A stretch of 64,000 bases of DNA from an uncultured delta proteobacterium (GTDB lineage Bacteria > Myxococcota_A > Polyangia > Polyangiales > Houyiibacteriaceae): assembly GCA_963699755.1 (NCBI GenBank), contig CAVOVB010000001.1, positions 1,376,001-1,440,000 of the forward strand, written 5' to 3'. A model generated the notes under the pieces. That model was not told the origin of the DNA. It saw nothing but the letters and a program-made list of their open reading frames with translations, and searched no databases. Both the position numbers and the translations under genes were made by a program. Position 1 is the first letter of the stretch, and the number at the start of each line of letters is the position of its first letter. Below are positions 30,073 to 40,280 of this stretch, one piece after another.

Positions 30073-30972
30073 CTAGCGGTCGAGGGTCGTAGCGGCGTTT
30101 GCCGGTGGCAGGTCTGCGCCGTTTCGAAGCCCCAAGTAGAGCGCCGCAAAGAGCAGAATCGCCAAGGGCGCGCCGAACAGGAGGCCGACGCCGCAGAACA
30201 TCGCTGAGCCCGCGACGATCAGAAGTGCAATTGAGCCCACGCCGATGATTGGCCAGCGCTTCCCACGCGCGATGCGCCAAGAATAGACGATGGCCTCGAT
30301 CGGTCCCGCGTCGTCGTTGAAGGCGAGCTCAGCTTGAATGAACGCGATGCCCGAGACGATGTAGACGTAGACCGGGAGGAGCACCAGGGTCGCAAACCCG
30401 AGGGGTCTGCCAGCGTCGTCGATGATTTCGCTCATCGGCGTTTCGAGATCGACCGGGCCTACAAAAACCAACCAAACGATCACGACAATCGGCAGAACGA
30501 TCAAGACCGCTCCAAGGGACACCGCAAGCGCCTGAACGATGTACTTCCCGATCTTGGATAGTTGACTAAACAAGGCCCCGACAGTCGCTCGCTTTCCGTG
30601 AAGACCTCGAACGGCCATCGCCCAAAGCCCGAGCGAGAAGACCCCCGAGAGCACCAACTGGATCAAGAACAGAACCACCTGCACGATGATGTCCACTGTT
30701 GCGAACGTCGCGCCCTGGTCCGCTCCCGACTGTTGGAAGGCGCTCACCAGCCCCCAGGCCAAGCTCAGCGCGAAGGGGATGCCCATCCCGAGCAGCCAGT
30801 ACAGAAGCATGGCGAGCACCCAGTTGCCGAGGTCCCTCGACCATGCCTCGGAAGCGCGAGAAAGTAGGTCGGCGAGATGGACCCGATCGCGGGTCAGCGT
30901 GAAACCGAGCTTTGCAGGGCGTGCTTCGATGGGTCCACGCTTGGCTGGAACAGGCTCTTGAGGGGCTTCCAT
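30073..30972 (-). CDS. Integral membrane protein (DUF975-like)
   Basis: Multiple TM helices, GPIEAIVYSWRIARGK pattern. Confidence 0.75.
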   Translation of the reverse strand: MEAPQEPVPAKRGPIEARPAKLGFTLTRDRVHLADLLSRASEAWSRDLGNWVLAMLLYWLLGMGIPFALSLAWGLVSAFQQSGADQGATFATVDIIVQVVLFLIQLVLSGVFSLGLWAMAVRGLHGKRATVGALFSQLSKIGKYIVQALAVSLGAVLIVLPIVVIVWLVFVGPVDLETPMSEIIDDAGRPLGFATLVLLPVYVYIVSGIAFIQAELAFNDDAGPIEAIVYSWRIARGKRWPIIGVGSIALLIVAGSAMFCGVGLLFGAPLAILLFAALYLGLRNGADLPPANAATTLDR

Positions 30973-31080
30973 CGGAGCGAGGATTAGCATCCGCCGAATC
31001 GAACGGCGAAGAGAACGTCACAAACGCGTTCCGAGAGGAAGCTCTTCGACGAACGCTGATTCAATGATAGGTTTCGCGCC

Positions 31081-32532
31081 ATGTCTACACGATGCCTTCT
31101 TGCTTCAAGCTTGGTTTTTGCTTTGATCACGGCCGGATGCGGGAGTGAGAGCGCCTCAACGCTGGGCCCCGACGGCTCCGGGGGACAGGGCGGTTCGGCC
31201 GGTCTCGGTGGCTCCGCAGGCGCGGGCGGCTCCGGCTTCCAGCCTCCTGACTACGGCACTTGGGTCAAGTTCGAGCCCGAGGGCGCAACCTGCAGCGACG
31301 GCAGCCCCTACAAGTTCTGGGTCGAGTTCTCCGAAACCTCGGACAATGTCATCGTCTTCTTCGAAGGTGGCGGCGCATGCTGGGACTACGAGAGCTGTAG
31401 CGGCAAGGGAGGCATTCGCGGCGCGGCGAATCCAAATGGCCTTTCCGACAACCACGCCGACGCCCAGCGAGAGGTCGCCGGCATTCCAGTCGGCGCGAGC
31501 GTGATCTACCCACTCCTGAATCAAGATCCGAACGTGAGCCCAATGGCCGATTGGAACAAAGTCTTCGTCGCCTATTGCACGGGCGATGTGTACTCCGGCG
31601 ATCGCACGGTGACCTATGAGGATCCGGATGGCATCGAAGACGACCTCGAGTTCCACCACGTAGGTCACCGAAACGTCCTCGCGATGATCGAGATGCTCAA
31701 CGACATGTTCACGACGGTGCCCAAGCTCTTCGTGAGTGGTTGCAGTGCTGGCGGTGCGGGTGCGATCGTGAATTACTACTTCTTGCGGACGGGAATCGAA
31801 GGCGTGCAGAAGGGCTATCTCCTCGACGATTCGGGTCCGCTGTTCCCCGACCAGGCGCCGACCTCGCGCTCCCTCGCCCTGCACGACCGCGTTCGCTCGT
31901 CCTGGGATGCCGACAAGCTCATCGACACGGCGCCGCGCCCCGACGAGCTCAAGGCCGATTTCGGAAACATCAATACGATGCTGGCCGAGGAGTTCCCTAG
32001 CGATCGCTTGGCGATGACCTACAACCGCCTCGACTTCAACTACTCGCTCTACTCCTACGAGCGCTTCTGGCAGCGAGAGAACCCGACCGAGCTTGTGCCG
32101 ATCGTGCCATTCCTGGGCACCGGCCTGGGCCTCGACGAAGTCCTCTCGCTCGATCGTGCGGCCGTCTACAGCCTCTGGTGGGACGATACGGCGCTCCTTC
32201 TCGACCAGTACGATTCGAAAAGCAATCTCGGCTACTACCTTCCCTTCTACCGTACGACCAACAGCAGCCACTGCGTGACGATCCCGGGCTTCGAGGAGTT
32301 CAGCTTGGCGGAGGCGGTGACTCTCTTCGCGACTGACTTCGGCACCCTCGCCTGGGCAGGCACCGAGATCGGCGACATGAACCTCTACGACTACGTGGAG
32401 CACCTGCTCAACGACGAGGAGCCTCTCGAGAGCCATTTCGAAGAGACCCCCGAGGGTCGATACCGAACCTGTACGCCTGCGGAGTTTGATCCGGTAGCCT
32501 GCGAGGCCGCGGTCAATAATCCGCCGGAATGA
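31081..32532 (+). CDS. Pectinacetylesterase/Notum-like serine hydrolase lipoprotein
   Basis: TAGC lipobox, Gly-rich linker, CSDGS, FEGGGACW, YCTGD, GCSAGG. Confidence 0.87.
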   Translation: MSTRCLLASSLVFALITAGCGSESASTLGPDGSGGQGGSAGLGGSAGAGGSGFQPPDYGTWVKFEPEGATCSDGSPYKFWVEFSETSDNVIVFFEGGGACWDYESCSGKGGIRGAANPNGLSDNHADAQREVAGIPVGASVIYPLLNQDPNVSPMADWNKVFVAYCTGDVYSGDRTVTYEDPDGIEDDLEFHHVGHRNVLAMIEMLNDMFTTVPKLFVSGCSAGGAGAIVNYYFLRTGIEGVQKGYLLDDSGPLFPDQAPTSRSLALHDRVRSSWDADKLIDTAPRPDELKADFGNINTMLAEEFPSDRLAMTYNRLDFNYSLYSYERFWQRENPTELVPIVPFLGTGLGLDEVLSLDRAAVYSLWWDDTALLLDQYDSKSNLGYYLPFYRTTNSSHCVTIPGFEEFSLAEAVTLFATDFGTLAWAGTEIGDMNLYDYVEHLLNDEEPLESHFEETPEGRYRTCTPAEFDPVACEAAVNNPPE

Positions 32533-32535
32533 ACC

Positions 32536-32568
32536 TGGAATTGAAGGGAACCGTTCCCTTCAATTCCA
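32536..32568. terminator. Perfect 16-bp inverted repeat between convergent genes
   Basis: TGGAATTGAAGGGAAC-c-GTTCCCTTCAATTCCA. Confidence 0.7.
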
Positions 32569-33471
32569 CCTGAAGCCTTCCATCGTTTGCTTCGCGCTGT
32601 AGCGGGGTTCGAAGCCCGTGGCTGCTACGAAGGCCCTGTTGTCGATGACGATGGGGTATTTCACATGAGCGATTGCGTCGTCAGGAAGGTAGGGGAAACC
32701 GAAGCGGCCGAGGACGCTCGAGTAAAGCGGCTCGGGGATCGGCACCGCTCGCTTGCCGGTCGCTTCGCAGACGATGGACAAAGGGACCGGTGGAGGGCCG
32801 GCGACGTTGAAGACACCTCGGAGCTGCCTCTCGACCGCCAAGGTGATTGCTTCTTCGGCGTCCCATTCGTGCATGAGTTGGTAGAGCGGATCGAAGCCTA
32901 ACACCATGGGCACGCGGCTCTTCGAAAGGAAGCCGGCGAGGGTGCCGCCTCGGCTCGGACCAAGGAAGTAGCAAAGCCTCAGGACGGCCGTGTTGAGCTC
33001 GGGCCATCGCCAGAGCGCGCTTCCGGCGTACAGGTCTGCGGCCACCAGGTCGGCGAGCTCCTTGAAGGCCGCACCTGCAAGCGGAGGTTCATCCTCCGTA
33101 TGATACAGGGGCGAATCCGGGGTCGCACCGTAGACCGTGTGGCGGCCGACGAAGACCGCCTGCTTGACGCCGTACTCATGGCAGTATTCGAAGAGCTTTC
33201 GGGTGCCGCCGAGGTTGATCCGGTAGCGCTCCTCGGTGTCCGTCGTGAAATGGGTGACCGTGGCCATGTGAATGAGCGCGTCCGGTCGTGAGATTCGGAA
33301 CACGTCTTCGGCGGGGCGCTTGCGAATATCGGCTTGGTGCATTTCGACGCCCTCGGGCACGTCGGGCCAGGGACGCCGGTCGATGCCGATGACTTGGTGT
33401 CCGCGGCGGGTCAGGCGGTACGCAACGCCGCGCGCCAAGGTGCCGCTGATGCCCGTGATCAATATCTTCAT
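32560..33471 (-). CDS. NAD-dependent epimerase/dehydratase family (extended SDR)
   Basis: [24 protein letters not shown] overlap with upstream acyltransferase. Confidence 0.88.
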   Translation of the reverse strand: MKILITGISGTLARGVAYRLTRRGHQVIGIDRRPWPDVPEGVEMHQADIRKRPAEDVFRISRPDALIHMATVTHFTTDTEERYRINLGGTRKLFEYCHEYGVKQAVFVGRHTVYGATPDSPLYHTEDEPPLAGAAFKELADLVAADLYAGSALWRWPELNTAVLRLCYFLGPSRGGTLAGFLSKSRVPMVLGFDPLYQLMHEWDAEEAITLAVERQLRGVFNVAGPPPVPLSIVCEATGKRAVPIPEPLYSSVLGRFGFPYLPDDAIAHVKYPIVIDNRAFVAATGFEPRYSAKQTMEGFRWN

Positions 33472-34316
33472 CGCCTGTGCTCCTGGTCGGGGTCCGGCAT
33501 GCGCTCGAACATGAACGCCCGCGGCCGTGCGTCGAGCCCCGTGCTAACCAGCCGTTCCATCGCCTGACGAACATCTTCGACGTATTGCTTAATGACGTCG
33601 TCAGGCTCCGAGCCATCTCCTTGGAAGTGCATCGGGGGCCCATAGTAGATCTGGCAAGCCACGGGCAGGGGGAAGAAAATGAGCTGCGGTGCCACCGGCA
33701 CAAATGGACCATTGACTAGCTTCGCGAGCCACTTGATGTGGAAAAGCTGAGGGAACGACTCTTCGCCTCCGATGAATGCGCAGGGGATGATGGGCGTGCC
33801 GGTCTTGAGCGCGAGCCGCATGAAGCCGGTCCCGAAGCGCACGAGCTTGTATCGGTCCTTGTAGAGCTTGCCGGCCCCGCGCGCGCCTTCGGGGAAGACG
33901 AGCACCAGGCGCTCGTCATTCAGCAGCTGCTCGCCGTGCTCGGGCAAGCCGGTGAGATGTCCGAGCTTTCGCAATGCCGGTCGTGCGAACGGTGAGCGCG
34001 TCAGGAAGTACTCCGCCATGCCTTGGCCGAGCCGCGGGGCCTCGTCGTTGAGTATCAGCGAGGTGAGAATCATCGCCGCGTCCGCCCCTAGGCCACCAGA
34101 GTGATTGGAGACGATGAGGGCTCGACCGGTGGCTGGAACGTTCTCGAGACCGAAGGCCGTCACTTTGAGGTAGTGGCGGTAGATGTAAGCCATCGGTGAG
34201 TAGGCGCGAATTAGCGCCTTCCGCGAGAGTCCAAAGCGATCGAACCCGTAGTCGTCGAATTCGATCGGGAGGCGGTCTACGTTCCGCCTGACTTGTGGAT
34301 CATCTAGAAGTGACAT
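33468..34316 (-). CDS. Lysophospholipid acyltransferase family protein
   Basis: [25 protein letters not shown]. Confidence 0.9.
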   Translation of the reverse strand: MSLLDDPQVRRNVDRLPIEFDDYGFDRFGLSRKALIRAYSPMAYIYRHYLKVTAFGLENVPATGRALIVSNHSGGLGADAAMILTSLILNDEAPRLGQGMAEYFLTRSPFARPALRKLGHLTGLPEHGEQLLNDERLVLVFPEGARGAGKLYKDRYKLVRFGTGFMRLALKTGTPIIPCAFIGGEESFPQLFHIKWLAKLVNGPFVPVAPQLIFFPLPVACQIYYGPPMHFQGDGSEPDDVIKQYVEDVRQAMERLVSTGLDARPRAFMFERMPDPDQEHRR

Positions 34317-34392
34317 AGTGCGAGCGTCCGGGGGCAATTAGCGAGTGGTGAAATAGCTCAACTTGGCGCCCGAAGCGACCAGCTCGGAATCA

Positions 34393-34656
34393 CTACGGGG
34401 TGGTCTTCCAGAGCGGGCGCTTGAAGCACCAGAGCGTCTCGTTCTTCTTGCCCGCCGAGGTGACGAGCTCCCAGCCCTGCTCGCCCATCTTGTTGGCGCG
34501 CTCCGTGACCTGGGCGACGCCTTCAGCCTCGAAGCACTGGTACTGCCACTGGGCCTTCTTGGGTGGGTTATCGGCCGCAGCCGGATTGGCCCCCGAGATG
34601 AAGGCGCCCGCGATGAACGCTCCAACTAGGCACACTGCAACGATGATGGTTCGCAT
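34393..34656 (-). CDS. Small secreted DUF4177-like protein
   Basis: Signal peptide, WQYQC...ANKMGEQGWELV...CFKRP; AGGAGG RBS. Confidence 0.75.
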   Translation of the reverse strand: MRTIIVAVCLVGAFIAGAFISGANPAAADNPPKKAQWQYQCFEAEGVAQVTERANKMGEQGWELVTSAGKKNETLWCFKRPLWKTTP

Positions 34657-34714
34657 ATCCAAACCTCCTTAGGGCTTGGCTTATAACATGAGGGCTGCTG
34701 TCGGGACTGCGTTT

Positions 34715-35587
34715 TCAGCCGAGTATGTCCGTCACTCGGTGTACGTCGTCGGGGTCGGCGGTCGTGGGGACGAGCAGGACGTCATCGGCACCTGCATCGT
34801 TGGCTTGCTGAACGGCGTCCCTGAGTGCCTGGGGGCCGGTGGCTATGCAGATCTGCTTGACGTTCTCGCGTGCAACCGGCGCCATGAAGTTCAGATAGCG
34901 ATCCAAGTAGGCGTCGAGCTGCTCGCGGGCGTTCGGTCCGAGTGCGTACCAGAAGCCGGTGCCGAGCCACGGCGCAGGACGGTCTCGCTCTTTCCACGCG
35001 CGTCGCGCCGCTTCGAATTGGAGATTCATTTCGGCGGCCGATGGCCCGAAGCTGAATCCACAGAGGCCGTCAGCCCATTTCGAGGCGGCTTGGATCGACT
35101 CGACCATGAGTGAGCCCGCAAGAAGCTTGGGTCCGCCTTCTTGAACGGGGGCGGGGCCGACTGGGAGCGCGCCCTCGACGACCGGTTCGCCACGCCAGAC
35201 GCTGCGCATGGTTTCGACGCTGCGCGCGAGCCGGCTGAGCCGGTGTCCGAGCGGGGCATCGACCGATTGGTAGTCCTGCTCGCGCCCGCCCACGCCGAGT
35301 CCAGCAACAAAGCGGCCGCCTGACAATACGTCGATGGTGGCGAGCTGTTTGGCTAGCATGACCGGGTGGTGAAGCATTGGGACGAAGACACCGCTCACGA
35401 TTTTTACTCGCTCCGTCAGGGCGGCGGCGGCGGAGAGCGCGGCTGTCATGTCCGGGTTGTAAAAGGAGATGCGCTCGCCTGCTGCCAGGCTTGCGAAGAA
35501 GCCTGCATCGATGCGCTCGCACCATTTGAGGAAGGCGTCTCTGTCGAGGCCCGGTGCCATCACCGGAAGGTTCATGCCGATTTCCAT
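34715..35587 (-). CDS. LLM-class (luciferase-like) flavin-dependent oxidoreductase
   Basis: [27 protein letters not shown]. Confidence 0.92.
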   Translation of the reverse strand: MEIGMNLPVMAPGLDRDAFLKWCERIDAGFFASLAAGERISFYNPDMTAALSAAAALTERVKIVSGVFVPMLHHPVMLAKQLATIDVLSGGRFVAGLGVGGREQDYQSVDAPLGHRLSRLARSVETMRSVWRGEPVVEGALPVGPAPVQEGGPKLLAGSLMVESIQAASKWADGLCGFSFGPSAAEMNLQFEAARRAWKERDRPAPWLGTGFWYALGPNAREQLDAYLDRYLNFMAPVARENVKQICIATGPQALRDAVQQANDAGADDVLLVPTTADPDDVHRVTDILG

Positions 35588-35655
35588 GTGCTCCTCTCGT
35601 CGGTGTCGGGGGCTCGTTGCATCTCCCCAAAATGGCGTCTAGGACTGGGACCACC

Positions 35656-36705
35656 ATGCGCAATCCCAAGGACTTCTTCAAACCCATGGCCATCGGCGCA
35701 CCGGAACCCCCACGGGAAATCCCGTTCCGGCCGTCGCGGATGATCCACTTTTTCGACCCCAGCAATCCGAAGATGGCTGCCAAAGCGCCGAGCATCGCTG
35801 CCAAGTGCGATGTGCTTCTCGGGAACCTCGAGGACGCCATCTCGGCTGACAAGAAGACCGAGGCGCGCGAGGGCTTCATCGAGATCGCCAAGGAGAACGA
35901 CTTCGGCGACTGCCAGCTCTGGACCCGCGTCAACAGTCTCGACAGCCCCTGGTTCCTCGATGACATGTGGCAGATCGTCCAGGAAGTCGGCGACAAGGTC
36001 GATGTGATCATGGTGCCCAAGGTCGAGGGGCCCTGGGACATCCACTATGTCGATCGTTTGCTCGCCCAGCTCGAGGCGCGCGCCGGTGTGAGGAAGCCGA
36101 TTCTGGTTCACGCGATTCTCGAGACGGCCCTCGGGGTCGCGAACGTGGAGGAGATCTCCGGCGCCAGCCCGCGCATGCAGGGCTTGAGCCTCGGTCCTGC
36201 CGACCTGGCGGCATCGCGCCGAATGAAGACCACACGCGTGGGCGGGGGGCATCCTGGTTACCTAGTTCGTCAGGATCCAAATGCCGACGACCCCGAAGCC
36301 CCACGCGCAACCGCACAGCAGGATCTGTGGCACTACACGATCGCGCGCATGGTCGATGCCTGCGTCGCGAACGGCATCTTCGCATACTACGGGCCGTTCG
36401 GAGACATCCGCGACGTGGTCGCTTGCGAAGATCAGTTCCGGAACGCCTTCCTGCTCGGCTGCGTGGGCGCCTGGTCGCTTCACCCGGTACAGATCGAGAT
36501 CGCCAAAAAGGTGTTTAGCCCGCCGGTCGACGAGGTTCTCTGGGCCAAGAAGGTCATCGAAGAGATGGGCGATGGCACCGGCGCCGTGATGATCGACGGC
36601 AAGATGCAAGACGATGCGACCGTCAAGCAGTGCAAAGTGATGGTGGAGCTCGCGAGGATGCTCGCCGAAAAGGATGCCGACCTGAAGGCGGCCTACCAGT
36701 TCTGA
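35656..36705 (+). CDS. mcl: Malyl-CoA / beta-methylmalyl-CoA / citramalyl-CoA lyase (Chloroflexus-type CitE family)
   Basis: [13 protein letters not shown]-terminus, GNLEDAI, LGPADL, YGPFGD, WSLHPVQ. Confidence 0.82.
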   Translation: MRNPKDFFKPMAIGAPEPPREIPFRPSRMIHFFDPSNPKMAAKAPSIAAKCDVLLGNLEDAISADKKTEAREGFIEIAKENDFGDCQLWTRVNSLDSPWFLDDMWQIVQEVGDKVDVIMVPKVEGPWDIHYVDRLLAQLEARAGVRKPILVHAILETALGVANVEEISGASPRMQGLSLGPADLAASRRMKTTRVGGGHPGYLVRQDPNADDPEAPRATAQQDLWHYTIARMVDACVANGIFAYYGPFGDIRDVVACEDQFRNAFLLGCVGAWSLHPVQIEIAKKVFSPPVDEVLWAKKVIEEMGDGTGAVMIDGKMQDDATVKQCKVMVELARMLAEKDADLKAAYQF

Positions 36706-36716
36706 GAGGTGTCACG

Positions 36717-37583
36717 ATGAGCACGAAGCATCGCCCCCGACGAAGTGTCTTGTACATGCCCGGCGCCAACGCCCGAGCTTTGGACAAGGCTCGCAACCTC
36801 CCGGCCGACTCTTTGATTCTCGATCTCGAGGATGCCGTATCGCCTGACATGAAGGCAAAGGCCCGCGATCAGGTCATCCGAGCGGTCGAGGCCGGCGGCT
36901 ATGGCAAACGCGAAGTCATGATCCGCACCAACGGTTTGAACACGCCTTGGGGCTACGACGATCTGGTCGCCGTCGCCAAGGTTGGCCCCGACGCCGTACT
37001 GCTTCCGAAAGTCGAGAGCGCCGAAACCGTGCGGCAGGCCGAGGCGGTCTTGCAGTCTCACGGCGCATCTCCCGACCTGGCGATCTGGTGCATGATGGAA
37101 ACCCCCCGCGCGATGTTGCATGCCGAGGAGATCGCAGATGCGAGCCCACGCCTCGGCGGCCTGGTGATGGGCACTTCGGACCTCGCCAAAGATCTTCAGG
37201 CGCAGCACACCGCGATGCGCCTCCCCCTCATCACGGCCTTGGGCCTTTGCCTGCTTGCCGCACGTGCGGCGCGGCTCGTGATTCTCGACGGGGTTTTTCT
37301 GGACTTGAACGACCAGGAAGGGTTCATCGACTCCTGCCGTCAGGGGGCGGAGCTCGGCTTTGATGGCAAGACGCTCATTCACCCAAAGCAGCTAGAGGCG
37401 GCCAACGAAGTGTTTGCGCCTTCCGAAGAGGAGCTCAGGCTGTCCCGGCGGATCATTGACACCTATGCCGAAGCCGAAGCGCAGGGCAAGGGCGTCGTCG
37501 TCGTGGATGGCAAGCTCATCGAGAAGCTGCACGTCGACCATGCCAAGCGCGTGGTCGCGCTTGCCGAGGCGATTGCGGGTTAG
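36717..37583 (+). CDS. CitE-family lyase/thioesterase (Mcl2 malyl-CoA thioesterase-like)
   Basis: RPRRSVLYMPGANARALDKA, LDLEDAV, MGTSDL, GFDGKTLIHPKQ. Confidence 0.85.
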   Translation: MSTKHRPRRSVLYMPGANARALDKARNLPADSLILDLEDAVSPDMKAKARDQVIRAVEAGGYGKREVMIRTNGLNTPWGYDDLVAVAKVGPDAVLLPKVESAETVRQAEAVLQSHGASPDLAIWCMMETPRAMLHAEEIADASPRLGGLVMGTSDLAKDLQAQHTAMRLPLITALGLCLLAARAARLVILDGVFLDLNDQEGFIDSCRQGAELGFDGKTLIHPKQLEAANEVFAPSEEELRLSRRIIDTYAEAEAQGKGVVVVDGKLIEKLHVDHAKRVVALAEAIAG

Positions 37584-37603
37584 GCTCGCCGCGGCGCTCC
37601 ACA

Positions 37604-37669
37604 TTGAAACTCGTTTTCATCGGGGGCCTCACCACAGGCTTGCGCAACGCAGACCAGAAGCGCTAGTCT
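37604..37669 (+). promoter_or_regulatory. Palindromic operator plus candidate internal promoter
   Basis: TGAAACT-C-GTTTTCA (37605-37619); TTGCGC-18nt-TAGTCT (37640-37669). Confidence 0.4.
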
Positions 37670-37681
37670 CGCCCATCCATC

Positions 37682-38875
37682 ATGCGCTTTTACGAATTCG
37701 AAGCGAAGCAACTTCTCGAAAAGCACCGGATTCCACTGGTTGAGAGCAGAGTTGTGAAGACAGCCGATGAAGCAGCGAACGCTGCCTCGGAACTCGGTGG
37801 CCCCGTCATCTTGAAGGCCCAGGCTATCGCGCCCGGTCTCGCCGCGACATCGATGAGAGAGGTTTCCGATGCGGCCAGTGCAAAGGCAGCGGCAACCGAG
37901 CTCCTCGGAATCGATGACGGCGGGCGCAAACCCAAAGGCATTCTGGTCGAGGCCAGGCCAGCGGGCGAAGCTGTGTACAGTTTGAGCTTCACCTACGATG
38001 GGACCATGAAGCGTCCCGTGGTGGCGGCCGCCGACATGGCCGGCAAGATCGATGATCTCGGCGACAGTCACCCGGACCGCATCGTCCGCCGGCACTTCTC
38101 TGCGCTCTATCCGTTCTCCGACTACATTGGCAAAGAGCTCGCCAGGTCGCTCGGCCTCGGAGGCAACGATCTCAACCGAATGACACGCATCGTCGCGGGG
38201 CTCGCCCGACTGTTTCTCAAATACGACTTGGCGGATCTGGACATCACCTCGCTGGTGAAGCTCGGGGACGGGAGCTTCATCGTCCGTGACGTGGAGGCGG
38301 ATCTGGAGATCGAAGCCCGTCACCGGCAAAGACCGATGCTCGACGAGCTCGGCTTTGCGAAAGAAGACCTTCGGCAGGTCCGCGAGCCCACTGCGTTCGA
38401 GCTTGAGGGCGCGAAGATCGACGAGGAGGACGTCCGAGGCATCATCAGCCCGATCGCCGAGTTTGACGGCAACATCGGCCTGGTCATTGGTGCCGGCGGC
38501 GGCTCGCTGACCTTGACCGATGCGGTGCGCAAGCACGGCGGTCGCCCCGCCAACTACGCGGCGATCGGAGGCAACCCCAGCGTCGACAAGGCTCGCAGGC
38601 TCACCAAGCTGGTGCTGAGCAAGCCAGGAGTCGACAAGATTGCGGTGATGTCCAACGTCGTGTCCAACACACGTGCTGACCTCGTCGCGCGCGGAGTCAT
38701 CAAGGGCATCATCGAATTGGGGTTCGAGCCGGCAGAGAAGATCCTGATCTTTCGTGTTCCGGGCGCCTGGGAGGCCGACGCGGCCAAGATCCTGCAGAAG
38801 TACGGGATCGAGTACTGCGATCGCACGGTGTCGATCAGCGAAGCGGCGAGACGCGCCGTCGAGAAAGTCGGGTAG
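37682..38875 (+). CDS. Succinate/malate-CoA ligase beta subunit-like protein (divergent)
   Basis: MRFYEFEAKQLL, DGNIGLVIGAGG, GGRPANY..IGG, DLVARGVI. Confidence 0.82.
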   Translation: MRFYEFEAKQLLEKHRIPLVESRVVKTADEAANAASELGGPVILKAQAIAPGLAATSMREVSDAASAKAAATELLGIDDGGRKPKGILVEARPAGEAVYSLSFTYDGTMKRPVVAAADMAGKIDDLGDSHPDRIVRRHFSALYPFSDYIGKELARSLGLGGNDLNRMTRIVAGLARLFLKYDLADLDITSLVKLGDGSFIVRDVEADLEIEARHRQRPMLDELGFAKEDLRQVREPTAFELEGAKIDEEDVRGIISPIAEFDGNIGLVIGAGGGSLTLTDAVRKHGGRPANYAAIGGNPSVDKARRLTKLVLSKPGVDKIAVMSNVVSNTRADLVARGVIKGIIELGFEPAEKILIFRVPGAWEADAAKILQKYGIEYCDRTVSISEAARRAVEKVG

Positions 38876-38886
38876 AGGGATAAGCC

Positions 38887-39786
38887 ATGGCCGTTATCGT
38901 TCATGCAGACTTTCAATTCATCGTCCAAGGAATCACCGGGCGTGAGGCATTGAACTTTACGAGGGAGTGCTTGCAGTACGGCTCGAAGATCATCGGCGGC
39001 GTCACACCCGGCAAGGGTGGGCGGGAGGTATACGGCGTTCCGGTTTACGACACGGTGCGCGAGATCACCGAGAAGCAACGAGTCGATGGGACCGTCATCA
39101 CGGTTCCGCTCGCCTTTGCGCCGGACGCTGCATACGAAGCGATCGATGCCGGGATCAAAGAGGTGATCATCATCACCGAGGGGATCCCGCGAAAAGACGC
39201 CTCCGCAGTCGTCGAGTTCGCGGAGCTCCGCGGCGCTCGGATCATCGGCCCAAACTGCCTCGGGATCATCGTGCCCGACGTCTGTCGTTTTGGAAGCCTC
39301 GGTGGCCCGGCTGTGGACTGCCGCAAGGCCTTCAAGCCTGGGGTCGTCGGCGTGATGTCGCGTTCCGGCGGCATGACCACCGAGATCTGCAACGCGCTGA
39401 CCCTCTCTGGGCTCGGGGTGAGCACGGCCATCTCGATCGGAGGCGACCCGGTGATCGGCTCGACTTATGCCGACCTGATTCCACTCTTCGAGGCCGACGA
39501 GGATACCAAGGCCGTCGTGGTCTACTCCGAGCCCGGCGGCACGGCCGAAGCCGAGCTGGCGCGTTGGACCCAGGAACACAGTAGCCGCCTTCCAATCGTG
39601 GCATTCGTGGCGGGACGATTCATGGACGAAATGCCAGGGATGAGCTTCGGCCACGCTGGAACGGTCGTGAACAAAAAGGTCGACTCCCCGGCCGACAAGA
39701 TGCGCCGCATGCGAGAAGCAGGAATCTCGGTGGCGGAAGAGATCGGCGACATTCCGGACCTCGTCCGAGAGCGTATTGGGAACTGA
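38887..39786 (+). CDS. Succinate/malate-CoA ligase alpha subunit-like protein
   Basis: [38 protein letters not shown] phospho-His. Confidence 0.92.
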   Translation: MAVIVHADFQFIVQGITGREALNFTRECLQYGSKIIGGVTPGKGGREVYGVPVYDTVREITEKQRVDGTVITVPLAFAPDAAYEAIDAGIKEVIIITEGIPRKDASAVVEFAELRGARIIGPNCLGIIVPDVCRFGSLGGPAVDCRKAFKPGVVGVMSRSGGMTTEICNALTLSGLGVSTAISIGGDPVIGSTYADLIPLFEADEDTKAVVVYSEPGGTAEAELARWTQEHSSRLPIVAFVAGRFMDEMPGMSFGHAGTVVNKKVDSPADKMRRMREAGISVAEEIGDIPDLVRERIGN

Positions 39787-39804
39787 GCAACAGAGGGACT
39801 GATC

Positions 39805-40026
39805 ATGGCCATGTTCATACGCGTAGATGTCGACAACAGCATCGTCGAGAAAACATCCGGCCTGGCCGACAAGCTCGTCGAAGTGTGCCCCGTCAAAATC
39901 TTCAAGCGCGGTTCCGGGCCGAACAGCGTCGAGGTCGTAGAAGCCAACGTAGACGAATGCACCCTCTGCGACCTATGCATGCAAGCCTCCCCCAAAGGGG
40001 TCCGCGTCGTAAAGCTCTACGAATAG
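39805..40026 (+). CDS. Small monocluster [4Fe-4S] ferredoxin
   Basis: EVCPV plus CTLCDLC; GAGGG RBS. Confidence 0.82.
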   Translation: MAMFIRVDVDNSIVEKTSGLADKLVEVCPVKIFKRGSGPNSVEVVEANVDECTLCDLCMQASPKGVRVVKLYE

Positions 40027-40280
40027 GGCACACGCTCCGACCGTGGAGTGGATCGGCGGGTCGGTACCTCTGCGTCCCCTTCATTTGCAGATCGTCGAGC
40101 AATGCGTCTACCACTCGCTTGAGCCCATGGCAGTCACCAGCCTGCTTCGACGCGCTCCTTATTGCGGTACCGAAGCGTCGTTTCCATGCAATTTGGGGTC
40201 TCCCGTCGCCGTGGGCTTGCACAAGCTCACTTTCGCGGTATCCGGCGCGTGGCAAATCGACGGATCGAACGAGCAGTAGA

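Noticed and set aside
28221..32532. Genomic island integrated at tRNA-Phe
   Set aside because: There is no integrase and no visible duplicate of the tRNA 3' end, and the downstream genes look native (MYXO-CTERM).
34347..34385. tRNA-like fragment GGTGAAATAGCTCAACTTGG
   Set aside because: It has no D-stem closure, anticodon arm or T arm; probably chance.
19043..35587. Bioluminescence (lux-rib) system from luxC/luxE, a luciferase-like gene and ribA
   Set aside because: There is no luxA/luxB pair or luxD. The LLM gene is a single generic oxidoreductase ~8 kb away, and ribA is in a separate operon.
40027..40280. Riboswitch or sRNA upstream of fusA
   Set aside because: Only weak GC pairings and no recognisable motif; a promoter-like element near 40216-40243 would leave a short leader.
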